From assembly GCA_040905425.1 (NCBI GenBank), contig JBBDRO010000061.1, positions 1 through 31,080 of the forward strand: a DNA stretch of 31,080 nucleotides, written 5' to 3'. Source of the stretch: Gemmatimonadota bacterium. GTDB lineage: Bacteria; Gemmatimonadota; Gemmatimonadetes; Longimicrobiales; RSA9. The notes beneath the pieces are model-generated. The model worked only from the letters and a program-made list of their open reading frames with translations. It did no database searches and was not told the DNA's origin. The position numbers were made by a program, and so were the translations under genes. Positions 1-9,181 of the stretch are shown piece by piece; position 1 is the first letter of the stretch; each line of letters starts with the position of its first letter.

Positions 1-119
1 GTGGAGGCGCGGGCGCGTGAGGCGGTGGACCCGAGCTGAGGACCAGCGGAGCCGGCGACGATGCCGGCAGCGCGGAACGCTTCTGGCAGAATGTAAAAGG
101 CCCCACACCGAGGAGAGCG

Positions 120-623
120 ATGGCCACAGTCCGAGAGGTTTACGACTCCGTCCGGAACGATACCGACGCCGTCATGAAGCGCTGGCGCCACTCCGTAGCC
201 ACAGAGCCGGGCTTGATGGGCGCCCGGGAGCTGGACGTGGACGCACTGCCCGAGCTCATCAGCACGGCGCTCGACGTACTGGAAGAACGGCCGGATCAGG
301 AGACGTCGCGCCGCAACCTCCTCAAATGGACGCTGGAGCACGGGCACTATCGGATCCGTGAAAGCGTGCCCGATGACATGCTCTTCAAGGAGTACCACGT
401 GCTCCGCTACGCGCTGTGGGACACCATCCGCGAGCGACACGGCACCAACCGCCTCACCTCGACCGTCATCACGCAGCTGGACGCCGTGCTGTCCGTGGCG
501 TCCCGCGCATCACTGCGGGGTTACTACCACGAGCATTTCGAGACCGGTGGGGAGGACATGGCGGAGAACCTGCTCGAGGACGGGCCCTGGCCGCTGCACA
601 CGGAGGGCGAACAGCAGGTCTGA
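120..623 (+). CDS. Stand-alone RsbRD N-terminal-like (helical, globin-like) domain protein
   Basis: GAGGAG RBS at 110-115; 167 aa helical protein with the pattern W..., EHGHYR, EYHVLRYAL, LD typical of RsbRD_N-like sensor domains. Confidence 0.6.
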   Translation: MATVREVYDSVRNDTDAVMKRWRHSVATEPGLMGARELDVDALPELISTALDVLEERPDQETSRRNLLKWTLEHGHYRIRESVPDDMLFKEYHVLRYALWDTIRERHGTNRLTSTVITQLDAVLSVASRASLRGYYHEHFETGGEDMAENLLEDGPWPLHTEGEQQV

Positions 624-901
624 AGCGACGAGGCCCCGCCCCTCACTCGCGATGCTGGGACCCCAGTTTCCGCTGCAGCCTCCGCACCCCCAGCCGATCC
701 CACGCCGCAGCCCCCCGCCTCCAGTTCCAGCCGGAGAGGCAGGGTGAAGTCGTAGCGGCGGGTGAAGCGGCGCACCGCCTCCGGTTCCTGCCCGTCCGTA
801 ACGGCCAGCAGCCCCGCAGCAGCTTCGTGGCGCCGGGGGCACCGAAAATGAACGCCACGTCCGTGTTGCCGAGGGTACCCCGCGGACGTTGAAACCCCCG
901 A

Positions 902-2080
902 TCAGAAATACGTGGCCACACTGAACAACAGCGCGGCACGTTCGCCGGGCGAGTTGAAACGGTCTCTGATCCGGCCGCGAACATAGTCCAGCTTGAGGAC
1001 GGTGTCCGGCGTGGGACGGAAGTTGAAGCCCGCGCTCACCTGGGCCACGCCGTCACCGGGTTGGTCCTGGTCGAAGTCCACGGCGTCCAGGCGCACCTTT
1101 GCAGACAGTGTGGCGTTGGGCATGGTGGCCGGGACACCCCTCAGGAGGGGGCGCTCGACATCCAGGTACACGCCGGCCTGCCGGCGCGCCGAGATGTTCA
1201 GGAGCGAGGGCGGAAGGTCAACGCGAACCACGGCGGCCTCCCCCGCAATCGCGAACCCCGCCACGTCCGTCTCCAGGTCCACCACACCCACCGTGAGACT
1301 GCGGCGCTCGTCCACCGGCGCGCCTTCGATGTCGAACACGTTCCAGGCGCCGTGATGGGTGGAGAGGCCCACCTCGTGGCCCGCTTGCGGGCTCCATGCC
1401 ACGCGGCCCACCACGGCCGGACTGCTGTTCTGATCCTCGAAGTTGTGGCGGCCGGCGGGCAAACGGGTCCCTCCAGGGGCGTCGAAGATGATGCCGTCGC
1501 TGAAGCCATTCGTGGCGTAGATCTCGTAGGTGAGACGGTGCCGTCCACCGAGGCCTACGCTTCCGAGCGCACCGAAACCGGGCTCGGAGAGCGCCACGCC
1601 CAACAGCTCGGTCGAGACGATGGGGCGGTCTGTGAATGGATTGAGGGGACTGTCGTGTGCCAGGTTGAAGCGGCCGAGGGGCGTGAGGATCATTCCCCCG
1701 CGTAGGGTGAAGGCGCTGTGGATGATGAGGTCGATGGCCGCGAACTCGAGGGTGACCTCCTCACCACCCTCCTCAATCTCCAGCTCCGCCCCGATGCGCA
1801 CGAAATCGCTCACCCGGGTGGCAGTGAAGAGATTGAAGCGCTTGGCCAGAAATCCGGACTCCTCGGTCAGGCCATCCGTCCGATGATATCGGGCGTGCGC
1901 TTCGGCGTATCCGCCGATCGCGGTACGACCTAGAAGGCGGCCGAGGTACGGCCGGTCGTAGACTCCACCGGTCACGAACGGGCGTTCGATCGTGTCCGGT
2001 GGTTCCTGCGCCTCCGCGCGGGATCCCAACGCAAGCAAGGAAATCACCACGACGAAGCTAACAGGCAACGACCGCGTCAT
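902..2080 (-). CDS. Outer-membrane beta-barrel / porin-like protein (392 aa)
   Basis: ATG at 2080 overlaps the Rieske stop (ATGA); Sec signal MTRSLPVSFVVVISLLALGSRAEA; alternating amphipathic strands; C-terminal LLFSVATYF ending in Phe (BAM signal). Confidence 0.75.
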   Translation of the reverse strand: MTRSLPVSFVVVISLLALGSRAEAQEPPDTIERPFVTGGVYDRPYLGRLLGRTAIGGYAEAHARYHRTDGLTEESGFLAKRFNLFTATRVSDFVRIGAELEIEEGGEEVTLEFAAIDLIIHSAFTLRGGMILTPLGRFNLAHDSPLNPFTDRPIVSTELLGVALSEPGFGALGSVGLGGRHRLTYEIYATNGFSDGIIFDAPGGTRLPAGRHNFEDQNSSPAVVGRVAWSPQAGHEVGLSTHHGAWNVFDIEGAPVDERRSLTVGVVDLETDVAGFAIAGEAAVVRVDLPPSLLNISARRQAGVYLDVERPLLRGVPATMPNATLSAKVRLDAVDFDQDQPGDGVAQVSAGFNFRPTPDTVLKLDYVRGRIRDRFNSPGERAALLFSVATYF

Positions 2081-2511
2081 GCGGAGCCCTCCGATGTGAG
2101 TTGAATCTCTATCGTACCGTCCCGCAGGGTGCGGACCGGGAAGGAGCGCAATGACCTCTCCGCCGGTCCGCGCAGAACGCGCCCCGAGCGGTCGTACGTC
2201 GACCCGTGGCACGGGCATTCCAGCCGTTCGCCGCGCACCTCCACGGTGCATCCGAGATGGGTGCAGATGGGACTCAGCGCCGCATATCCGTAGCCGGTCG
2301 AAACTAGATAGACAGGCGTACGGGCACCTTCCGGCTGGAGCCGCAGGAAGCCGCCCGCGCCGGACAGGCTCGGATGCGCGGCAGGGTCCAGGCGGATGCG
2401 GCCGTCAACGGGCCGGACCGGCGTGGATACCACGGAGGCGCAGCCGGAGTTCAAGGCCCCCGTGGCCGCTGCCGCCGCGACCGTGCGCAGGAAGGTGCGC
2501 CGGGAGCTCAT
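2077..2511 (-). CDS. Rieske [2Fe-2S] protein with twin-arginine signal, possibly a lipoprotein
   Basis: CTHLGC and CPCHGS Rieske boxes; N-terminal SRRTFL Tat motif followed by NSGC; start overlaps the upstream stop (ATGA). Confidence 0.92.
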   Translation of the reverse strand: MSSRRTFLRTVAAAAATGALNSGCASVVSTPVRPVDGRIRLDPAAHPSLSGAGGFLRLQPEGARTPVYLVSTGYGYAALSPICTHLGCTVEVRGERLECPCHGSTYDRSGRVLRGPAERSLRSFPVRTLRDGTIEIQLTSEGSA

Positions 2512-3740
2512 CGCGATCCCACAAAATCGACGAGCGCCCGCCGGTCTGCGGCTGGGAGGGCCATGAACGCAGCCCGCGCGGCGTTCCCTTCCCCGCCGTG
2601 GAACAGGACGGCCTCTTCAATCCCCCGTGCCCGTCCGTCATGCATCAGGAACAGCTCGCCATCCAGGAACTCCCGGGCCACCCGCAGCCCCCATAGGGGC
2701 GCGGTGCGCCACTCGGTCCCGGTGGCGTCGATGTCCTGCACATCGTCGGCCAACTCAGGGCCCATGTCGTGGAGGAGGAGATCGGAGTAGAGAGGCACCG
2801 GCTGGTGGGCCAGGGCGGCTACGGCGTGCGGCCCCGTCGTCATTTTCGGCGTGTGGCAGGACGCGCAGCCGACGCGGCCGAAGAGCTCCTGTCCGAGTTC
2901 CCGTACGGGGTTCATTTGACCCGGTGCCGGCGGGGCGAGAAGCCGCAGGTAGAACGCCACGCGCGTGACCACCTCCGTGGGAAGTTCAGGATCCGGCACG
3001 CGATCCACCGCCTTCGTGGGCGCACCCGCCGCGACATTGCGGTTCTCAGCGTACAGAAAGTCGGTGGTGATGCCCATGTCATTCAGGTAGGCATCCACCA
3101 CCTGCTCAAATATCGTGCTCGCTCGCCCCTTGCGCGTGAAGCGCCCCAAATACGGACCTGGACCGACCGGGAGCTCGTGACGGGGCATCCACTCGGGAGG
3201 GGTCACCCAGTGCGGGCGGCCGGAGATGCCGTCTTCGTCGGCGTCGTCCGGGTCCGCCCTGCTCAGAATCTGCGCCGCCGGAATGGCCTCGATCAGGCCG
3301 ACGCCGAACACTGGCGGCGGCAACCGCAAGGAAACCGGAATACCCTCGGGCACGACCTCCGGATCGGCTCCAGGCAGCGCCTTCACCTGAATGACCGGCG
3401 CGTCGAACGGATGCCCCGCTGCGGTGGCCACCGTCGGGTCCACACGGGGCACGAGATTGGAGAAGCGCGGCTCGGGGCGCCCGCGGCCATCGCCACTGTG
3501 GCAGGCCGCGCAACTCACATTGGTGAACAGGGGCCCGAGTCCATCCGCGGGAGCGAACGCGCGCCCGAATTCCTCGTCCCCTGCAATGAACACCGCCATC
3601 TCGCCGGGCGTGAGCCCCGGTAGCGGCGCATCCAGAACATCCGCGTCGAGCGGTGCTTCGGTGATGAGAGCGTCGCAGCCTCCCGCGAATGAGGCAATGC
3701 ACGCTACGAACAACAGCAGGGACGGACGCTTCGGCTTCAT
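2508..3740 (-). CDS. Di-heme oxidoreductase (DHOR) family c-type cytochrome lipoprotein
   Basis: Two heme motifs CAACH and CASCH; DPDDADEDGISGR, SDLLLHDMG, EWRTAPLWG and HDGRAR..HGGE family motifs; lipobox FAGGC. Confidence 0.88.
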   Translation of the reverse strand: MKPKRPSLLLFVACIASFAGGCDALITEAPLDADVLDAPLPGLTPGEMAVFIAGDEEFGRAFAPADGLGPLFTNVSCAACHSGDGRGRPEPRFSNLVPRVDPTVATAAGHPFDAPVIQVKALPGADPEVVPEGIPVSLRLPPPVFGVGLIEAIPAAQILSRADPDDADEDGISGRPHWVTPPEWMPRHELPVGPGPYLGRFTRKGRASTIFEQVVDAYLNDMGITTDFLYAENRNVAAGAPTKAVDRVPDPELPTEVVTRVAFYLRLLAPPAPGQMNPVRELGQELFGRVGCASCHTPKMTTGPHAVAALAHQPVPLYSDLLLHDMGPELADDVQDIDATGTEWRTAPLWGLRVAREFLDGELFLMHDGRARGIEEAVLFHGGEGNAARAAFMALPAADRRALVDFVGSR

Positions 3741-3810
3741 GGGGTGGCCTCGAGCAGAGTAAGCTTGAAGGGCGCGGAGCGGGTGCGCGTGGACGCGGCC
3801 TGCCGCCGCA

Positions 3811-6027
3811 TCATGCCCCCGCCAGGAGACGCCACACCTGCGCCACGAGGAAGCAGGTCACGATGCCCATCACGAGCGGCAGCAGGGACGCTACGGCGGT
3901 CCACTTCCGGCTGCCGGTCTCCTTGTAGATGGTGTAGATGGTGGTGGAGCACGGATTGTGGAGCAGGCTGAAGAGCATGAGGTTGACGCCCGTGAGCAGG
4001 CTCCAGCCCGCCACGCCCAGCATGTCTCCCACCGCCTGCAGCGAGTCCAGCTCGAACATCACGCCAGTGCCCGCGCCCAGGTTGGCCAGCTCGGGGTGCA
4101 CCATCACGGTGAGCATGAGGATGGTGGGGATGACGATCTCGTTGGCCGGGATGGCCACCACGTACGCCAGCAGGATGACGCCGTTCAGGCCGATGAGCAG
4201 GCCGGGCCCGTCCAGGAAGCCCACGGCGTGCTCCGCCAGGCTGGCGCCGCCCACGCCGATGTTGGACATGAGCCAGATCACGGCGCCGGCCGGGATGGCA
4301 AAGACCACCGCGCGCCAGAGCACGATGAGCGTGCGATCGATCATGGAGGTGTAGAGCGTGCGCAGAATGTCGGGCGGCCGGTAGGGCGGCAACTCCAGCG
4401 AGAAGGTGCTGGCCTCCCCCTTGAGCACGGTGCGCGAGAGCCCCCACGAGGTGAGGAAGACAAAGAAGACGCCGAGCAGCGCCACGCTCACCACGGCGCC
4501 GGCGGAGACCAGACCCGCCAGGTGCGCCGGCGCCAGCGCGCCGATGAAGATGGCCGCGATGAGGATCTGCGTGGGCCAGCGGCCATTGCACAGGGAGAAG
4601 TTGTTGGTGATGATGGCCACCAGCCGCTCGCGCGGGGAGTCGATGACGCGCGTGGCCACCACGCCCGCGGCGTTGCAGCCGAAGCCCATGCACATGGTGA
4701 GCGCCTGCTTGCCGTGCGCGCCGGCGCGGCGGAACATGGCGTCCAGGTTGAAGGCCACGCGCGGCAGGTAGCCGAAGTCCTCCAGCAGCGTGAAGAGCGG
4801 GAAGAAGATGGCCATGGGCGGCAGCATGACGCTGATCACCCAGGCGGTGGCCAGGTAGACGCCGTCGAAGAGGAAGCCCGACAGCCACCATGGGAAGGAG
4901 AGCGCCTCACCCACGCCGAGCAGCAGCGGATGCACGCGGCCGATGAGCAGGTCCGCCAGCATGCCGGACGGCACGTTGGAGCCGGCAATGGTGAGCCAGA
5001 AGACCACCGCCAGCAGGGCCAGCATGAGCGGGAAGCCGGTCCACTTGCTGGTGAGCAGGCGGTCCAGCGTGCGATCGAAGGTGGCGCGCGCGCGGGTGGT
5101 GCCGCCACCGCGACTGGCCTCCGCGATGCGCTCGGCGGCGCGGAAGATCCCCTCGGTCAGGCGGTCGTGGAAGTCAGCGGGCAGGCGCCAGCGCAGCTCC
5201 GAGGCGGCGTGCTGCAGTGCCTCACGCGGTTCTGAAGCGACGATGTCCGATCCTCCTTCTTCCTCTCCCAGCGTTCCGTCCGCGATGGCCTCCTCCACCT
5301 GCTCGTCCCCGCTGAGCAGCCGGAGCGCCACCCAGCGGGCGTTGGCCATGCGCGGGAAGGCATCGCGCACGAGCGGCTCCAGCTCCCCGATGGCCCCCTC
5401 CACCTCGGGGGCGTGCCGCTGGATGCGGTACGGGGTGGTCTCCACCTCACCGGTGGCCACGCGGTGGACGGCCTGCAGCAGCGCCTGGATGCCCAGACCG
5501 CGGCGCGCCACGGTGGGCACCACCGGCACGCCCAGCTCGGCCTCCAGAGCGGCCGGGTCGAGGGCCACGCCGTGGCGCTTGGCCTCGTCCATGAGGTTCA
5601 GGCAGATCACCACGCGGTCGGTGATCTCCAGCACCTGCAGGACCAGATTCAGATTGCGCTCCACGCGCGTGGCGTCCACCACCACCACGGTGACGTCGGG
5701 CCGGCCGAAGAGCAGGAAGTCGCGCGCCACCTCCTCGTCCATGCTGCCCGCCTGCAGGGAGTACGTGCCGGGCAGGTCCACCACCTTCACGCGCTTGCCC
5801 TCGTTGGCAAACACGCCCTCGGCGCGCGTGACGGTCTTGCCCGGCCAGTTGCCGGTGTGCTGGCGCAGGCCGGTGAGCGCGTTGAAGACCGTGCTCTTGC
5901 CGGTGTTCGGATTGCCGGCCAGCGCCACCAGGTAGTCCCAGCGGTCGGGGCGCAGGCCCAGCCGGACCAGCGCCGGCTCGCGGTCGCCGCGGACGGAGAG
6001 CGGCGCGGGCGCGGTGGCGGTGCTCAT
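3811..6027 (-). CDS. feoB: Ferrous iron/manganese transporter FeoB (738 aa)
   Basis: G1 GNPNTGKS, G2 NWPGKT, G3 DLPG, G4 NLMD; membrane gate motifs [13 protein letters not shown] and ELPPY; ATG at 6027 overlaps the upstream stop (ATGA). Confidence 0.96.
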   Translation of the reverse strand: MSTATAPAPLSVRGDREPALVRLGLRPDRWDYLVALAGNPNTGKSTVFNALTGLRQHTGNWPGKTVTRAEGVFANEGKRVKVVDLPGTYSLQAGSMDEEVARDFLLFGRPDVTVVVVDATRVERNLNLVLQVLEITDRVVICLNLMDEAKRHGVALDPAALEAELGVPVVPTVARRGLGIQALLQAVHRVATGEVETTPYRIQRHAPEVEGAIGELEPLVRDAFPRMANARWVALRLLSGDEQVEEAIADGTLGEEEGGSDIVASEPREALQHAASELRWRLPADFHDRLTEGIFRAAERIAEASRGGGTTRARATFDRTLDRLLTSKWTGFPLMLALLAVVFWLTIAGSNVPSGMLADLLIGRVHPLLLGVGEALSFPWWLSGFLFDGVYLATAWVISVMLPPMAIFFPLFTLLEDFGYLPRVAFNLDAMFRRAGAHGKQALTMCMGFGCNAAGVVATRVIDSPRERLVAIITNNFSLCNGRWPTQILIAAIFIGALAPAHLAGLVSAGAVVSVALLGVFFVFLTSWGLSRTVLKGEASTFSLELPPYRPPDILRTLYTSMIDRTLIVLWRAVVFAIPAGAVIWLMSNIGVGGASLAEHAVGFLDGPGLLIGLNGVILLAYVVAIPANEIVIPTILMLTVMVHPELANLGAGTGVMFELDSLQAVGDMLGVAGWSLLTGVNLMLFSLLHNPCSTTIYTIYKETGSRKWTAVASLLPLVMGIVTCFLVAQVWRLLAGA

Positions 6028-7061
6028 GCGGCCTCCTCGGCGCCGCTCTCGGGGCGCACCCGGATCCACTCGGCCTGCTCGCGGCGCAGGGCAATCAGCG
6101 CACCGCGGATCTCGTAGGCCACGGGGTCTCCGCCGGCGGCGGTGAGCCGGGCGCTGATACGCGTCCCGGGCACCACGCCCAGGTCCAGGAGGCGGCGGCG
6201 CTGCGGGCCGCGGCAGGCCCGGGAGAGGCCCACCACCCGGGCGCTCTCACCCTGCCGGACCGTGGCCAGCGTGGTCACGCTCGGATCCGGCGCGGCCGAG
6301 GGCTCGAGGGGCTCGACGGTGACACCGGCCGCGACCACCGGCTCAAGCGCGTGCTCCCGTCCCGCGGCCTGGAAGCGGATGCGGCCGCCCTCCGCCTCCA
6401 GCATGCGGATGCGCACCTGCGGGTGGAGCCCCGCCTCGAGGAGCCGGTCGTAGACCTCGGCCGGCTCGTCCTCCACGTGCGCGATCTCGGCCACGTCACC
6501 GGGGGCGAGCGCGGCCAGCGGGACGCCCGCCATCGGCGGCATCTCGCCACGGGCGGTGGGGATCGGATCACCGTGGGGATCGTAGCGAGGGTGACCCAGG
6601 CGGGCGGAGAGCGCCTCCGCCTCTGCCGCGGAGAGCGTGTGCTCGCGGAGTTCCGCGTCGGGATGCCAGTCCGCGGGTGGCACGCCGGTGCGGTCGGCCA
6701 GATAGCGCTCCCACAGGCGGTGCGTGCGCAGCACGCGGAGCGCATAGGCACGGCCTTCCTCCGTCAGCGTCACGCCACGCTCCTCGAGCCGGGCCAGGCC
6801 CCTCTCCTCCAGGAGCGAGACCAGACGCACGGCGCGCGCGCGCGTGACTTCCAGCACGCCCGCCAGGGCGTCCGCGGTGAGCGGGCGTCCCCCGTACTCG
6901 GCGTTGTGGATGTGCTTCAGCGCATCCTCGATGCGCACCCGCTCGCTCATGTGGAAGAGCGTGAGGATGCGGGGCAGGATGCCCCGGCGCGGCCACAGCA
7001 CCAGGGCGGCCGCCAGAACGCCGGCAAAGAAGATCAGCAGGGCAAGGGCTGGCTCGCTCAT
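6024..7061 (-). CDS. DtxR/MntR-family metalloregulator with an N-terminal transmembrane helix and two C-terminal FeoA (SH3-like) domains
   Basis: [18 protein letters not shown] hydrophobic helix; [22 protein letters not shown] and DPHGDPIP DtxR motifs; FeoA-like RLLEAGLHP and [28 protein letters not shown]. Confidence 0.9.
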   Translation of the reverse strand: MSEPALALLIFFAGVLAAALVLWPRRGILPRILTLFHMSERVRIEDALKHIHNAEYGGRPLTADALAGVLEVTRARAVRLVSLLEERGLARLEERGVTLTEEGRAYALRVLRTHRLWERYLADRTGVPPADWHPDAELREHTLSAAEAEALSARLGHPRYDPHGDPIPTARGEMPPMAGVPLAALAPGDVAEIAHVEDEPAEVYDRLLEAGLHPQVRIRMLEAEGGRIRFQAAGREHALEPVVAAGVTVEPLEPSAAPDPSVTTLATVRQGESARVVGLSRACRGPQRRRLLDLGVVPGTRISARLTAAGGDPVAYEIRGALIALRREQAEWIRVRPESGAEEAA

Positions 7062-7111
7062 GAACGCGAAACTCCTCGAAGGCAGGCCGCGTGGGCTGCC
7101 TCATCGTTAAT

Positions 7112-7125
7112 TTAGTCTAGCCTAA
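7112..7125. promoter_or_regulatory. DtxR/MntR/SirR-type operator palindrome TTAGTCTAGCCTAA
   Basis: 12/14 palindromic TTAG-N6-CTAA inside an AT-rich island, 50 bp upstream of the DtxR-FeoA start codon. Confidence 0.75.
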
Positions 7126-7153
7126 CTGTAAAATAAGGTGCGGCCCGCGTCAA
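7125..7153 (-). promoter_or_regulatory. Sigma70-type promoter of the feo operon (TTGACG-N17-TACAGT)
   Basis: -35 TTGACG at 7153-7148, 17-bp spacer, -10 TACAGT at 7130-7125, which abuts the operator. Confidence 0.7.
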
Positions 7154-7240
7154 GCGGGGGAAGGGGTGGCCGGCTTGCGACCCCGCGACCCGCATCCCAG
7201 GTTGGAGCCCGCAAATGGCATTCGGGCGTGTGGAGGAGAC

Positions 7241-7720
7241 ATGGTGCGGCGGTGGCTACCCCTGGTGGTGGTGCTCCTGGTGGGCGTGGTGGTGGGGCTC
7301 GGTGCGTTCACCTTCGTCTACGCCAAAGGCTACTCCTACCTCTCGAACGACCCTTCCGTCTGCGCCAACTGCCACATCATGGACGAGCACTACGCCTCGT
7401 GGATGAAGTCCAGTCACAAGACGGTGGCCACCTGCAACGACTGTCACACCCCGCACACCCCGCTCGGCAAGTACTACGTCAAGGCCAAGAACGGCTTCTG
7501 GCACTCCTTCTACTTCACGACGGGCACCTTCCCCTATCCGCTGCGCATCACGCCGCCCAATCACGACGTGGTGGAGGACGCGTGCCGCTACTGCCACGAG
7601 CCCATCGTGGAGAGCATCGATCACGGCGTGTCGGCCATGGGGGACGCCGAAGTGGGCGACGGACGGGACACCTTTACCTGCACCCGGTGCCACAGGTACG
7701 TGGGCCACTGGGTACGCTGA
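7241..7720 (+). CDS. nrfH: Cytochrome c nitrite reductase small subunit (tetraheme quinol dehydrogenase)
   Basis: GGAGGAG RBS at 7232-7238; N-terminal TM helix; SYLSNDP; CANCH, CNDCH, CRYCH, CTRCH; directly upstream of nrfA. Confidence 0.93.
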   Translation: MVRRWLPLVVVLLVGVVVGLGAFTFVYAKGYSYLSNDPSVCANCHIMDEHYASWMKSSHKTVATCNDCHTPHTPLGKYYVKAKNGFWHSFYFTTGTFPYPLRITPPNHDVVEDACRYCHEPIVESIDHGVSAMGDAEVGDGRDTFTCTRCHRYVGHWVR

Positions 7721-7738
7721 GCCATACGGAGGACGAAG

Positions 7739-9181
7739 ATGCCTGAGGGATCCATGCGGCGGGGCTGGTGGCTGGTGGTGGCGGCGGTGCTCGCGGCGGT
7801 GGTGACGCTGGGACTGGCCGCACTGCTCACCAATATCTTCGAGCGCCGCCAGGAGGCGCGCAATCCGTTCTACCGGGTGGTGGAACTCAACGACACCATC
7901 ACCGACCCGGCCGTCTGGGGCAAGAACTTCCCGCTCCAGTATGACGACTACCTGCGCACGGTGGACATGACCCGTACGCGCTACGGGGGCAGCGAGGCGC
8001 TACCGCGGCAGCCCACCGAGACGGACCCGCGCGAGGAGGTCTCCTTCTCCCGGCTGGAACACGATCCGCGCCTGCGCGAGTTCTGGGCGGGCTACGCCTT
8101 CGCGGAGGATTTCCGCGAGGAGCGGGGCCACGCCTACATGCTCTCCGACCAGATCTTCACGGAGCGGCAGCAGGTGGCCCAGCAGCCGGGCACCTGCCTG
8201 CACTGCCACGCCTCGGTGTACGTGCCGTACAAGAAACTGGGCGACGGGGACCTGATGGCCGGCTGGGAAGTGGCCAATCAGATGCCTTACTTCGAGGCCG
8301 CGGCGCTGGCGGAGCACCCGGTGGCGTGCATTGACTGCCACGATCCGGAGACCATGCAACTCCGCGTCACACGGCCCGGCTTCATCAACGGCATTCAGGC
8401 GCTCAAGGCCTTCGAGGGCGTGGACGACTACGACGTGAATGAGGACGCCACGCGCCAGGAGATGCGCACCTTCGTGTGCGGCCAGTGCCACGTGGAGTAC
8501 TACTTCCAGGGCCCGGAGAAGCGCCTGGTCTACCCGTGGGCCAAGGGGCTCAGCGCGGACAGCATCCTGGCCTACTACCAGGAGAACGGGCACACCGACT
8601 GGACGCACGCCATCAGCGGCGCGCCGGCGCTGAAGGCGCAGCACCCGGAGTTCGAGCTCTACAACCAGGGCATCCACGCCCGCTCGGGCGTGGCGTGCGC
8701 GGACTGCCACATGCCCTTCAAGCGGGAGGGCGCCATGAAGATCAGCGACCACTGGGTGCGGAGCCCCGTGCTGAACATCTCCAACGCCTGCCAGACGTGC
8801 CACACGCAGGACGGTGAGGAGCTGCGCGCCCGGGTGAATCAGATCCAGGACCGCACGTACGAGATGCGCAACGTGGCCATCGACGCCACCCTGCAGCTCA
8901 CGCGCGCCATCGGTGAGGCGGCGGCGGCCGACAGCGCCAATCCGAACCTGGCCGCGGCGCGCGACTACCAGCGGCGCGCCCAGTTCCTGACAGACTTCAT
9001 CGAGGCCGAGAACTCCATGGGCTTCCACGCGCCGCAGGAGGCCATGCGCATCCTGGGCAACGCGGTCAACCTGGCGCGCATCGGCCACGGCGCGTTGCGG
9101 GGTGAGCGGTTGGCGGAGACGGAATCGAGGATCGCGCCGGAGCAGACCGTGTCCCCGGGCAGGGAGCCCGGCGGCAACTAG
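7739..9181 (+). CDS. nrfA: Ammonia-forming pentaheme cytochrome c nitrite reductase (heme-1 CxxCH variant)
   Basis: WAGYAF..REERGH; CLHCH, CIDCH, CGQCHVEYYF, KAQHPEFE, CADCH, CQTCH; AENSMGFHAP. Confidence 0.95.
   Translation: MPEGSMRRGWWLVVAAVLAAVVTLGLAALLTNIFERRQEARNPFYRVVELNDTITDPAVWGKNFPLQYDDYLRTVDMTRTRYGGSEALPRQPTETDPREEVSFSRLEHDPRLREFWAGYAFAEDFREERGHAYMLSDQIFTERQQVAQQPGTCLHCHASVYVPYKKLGDGDLMAGWEVANQMPYFEAAALAEHPVACIDCHDPETMQLRVTRPGFINGIQALKAFEGVDDYDVNEDATRQEMRTFVCGQCHVEYYFQGPEKRLVYPWAKGLSADSILAYYQENGHTDWTHAISGAPALKAQHPEFELYNQGIHARSGVACADCHMPFKREGAMKISDHWVRSPVLNISNACQTCHTQDGEELRARVNQIQDRTYEMRNVAIDATLQLTRAIGEAAAADSANPNLAAARDYQRRAQFLTDFIEAENSMGFHAPQEAMRILGNAVNLARIGHGALRGERLAETESRIAPEQTVSPGREPGGN

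Noticed and set aside
524..904. Selenocysteine or other read-through of the barrel TGA into the open downstream frame
   Set aside because: The barrel ends in a canonical terminal Phe needed for assembly, and I saw no convincing SECIS-like hairpin
902..2251. 449-aa version of the barrel gene
   Set aside because: The extension overlaps the Rieske gene; the signal peptide and ATGA coupling place the start at 2080
2077..2511. Rieske protein as PetA/QcrA of a bc1 complex
   Set aside because: No cytochrome b or c1 gene is adjacent; the protein is short and embedded in the feo operon
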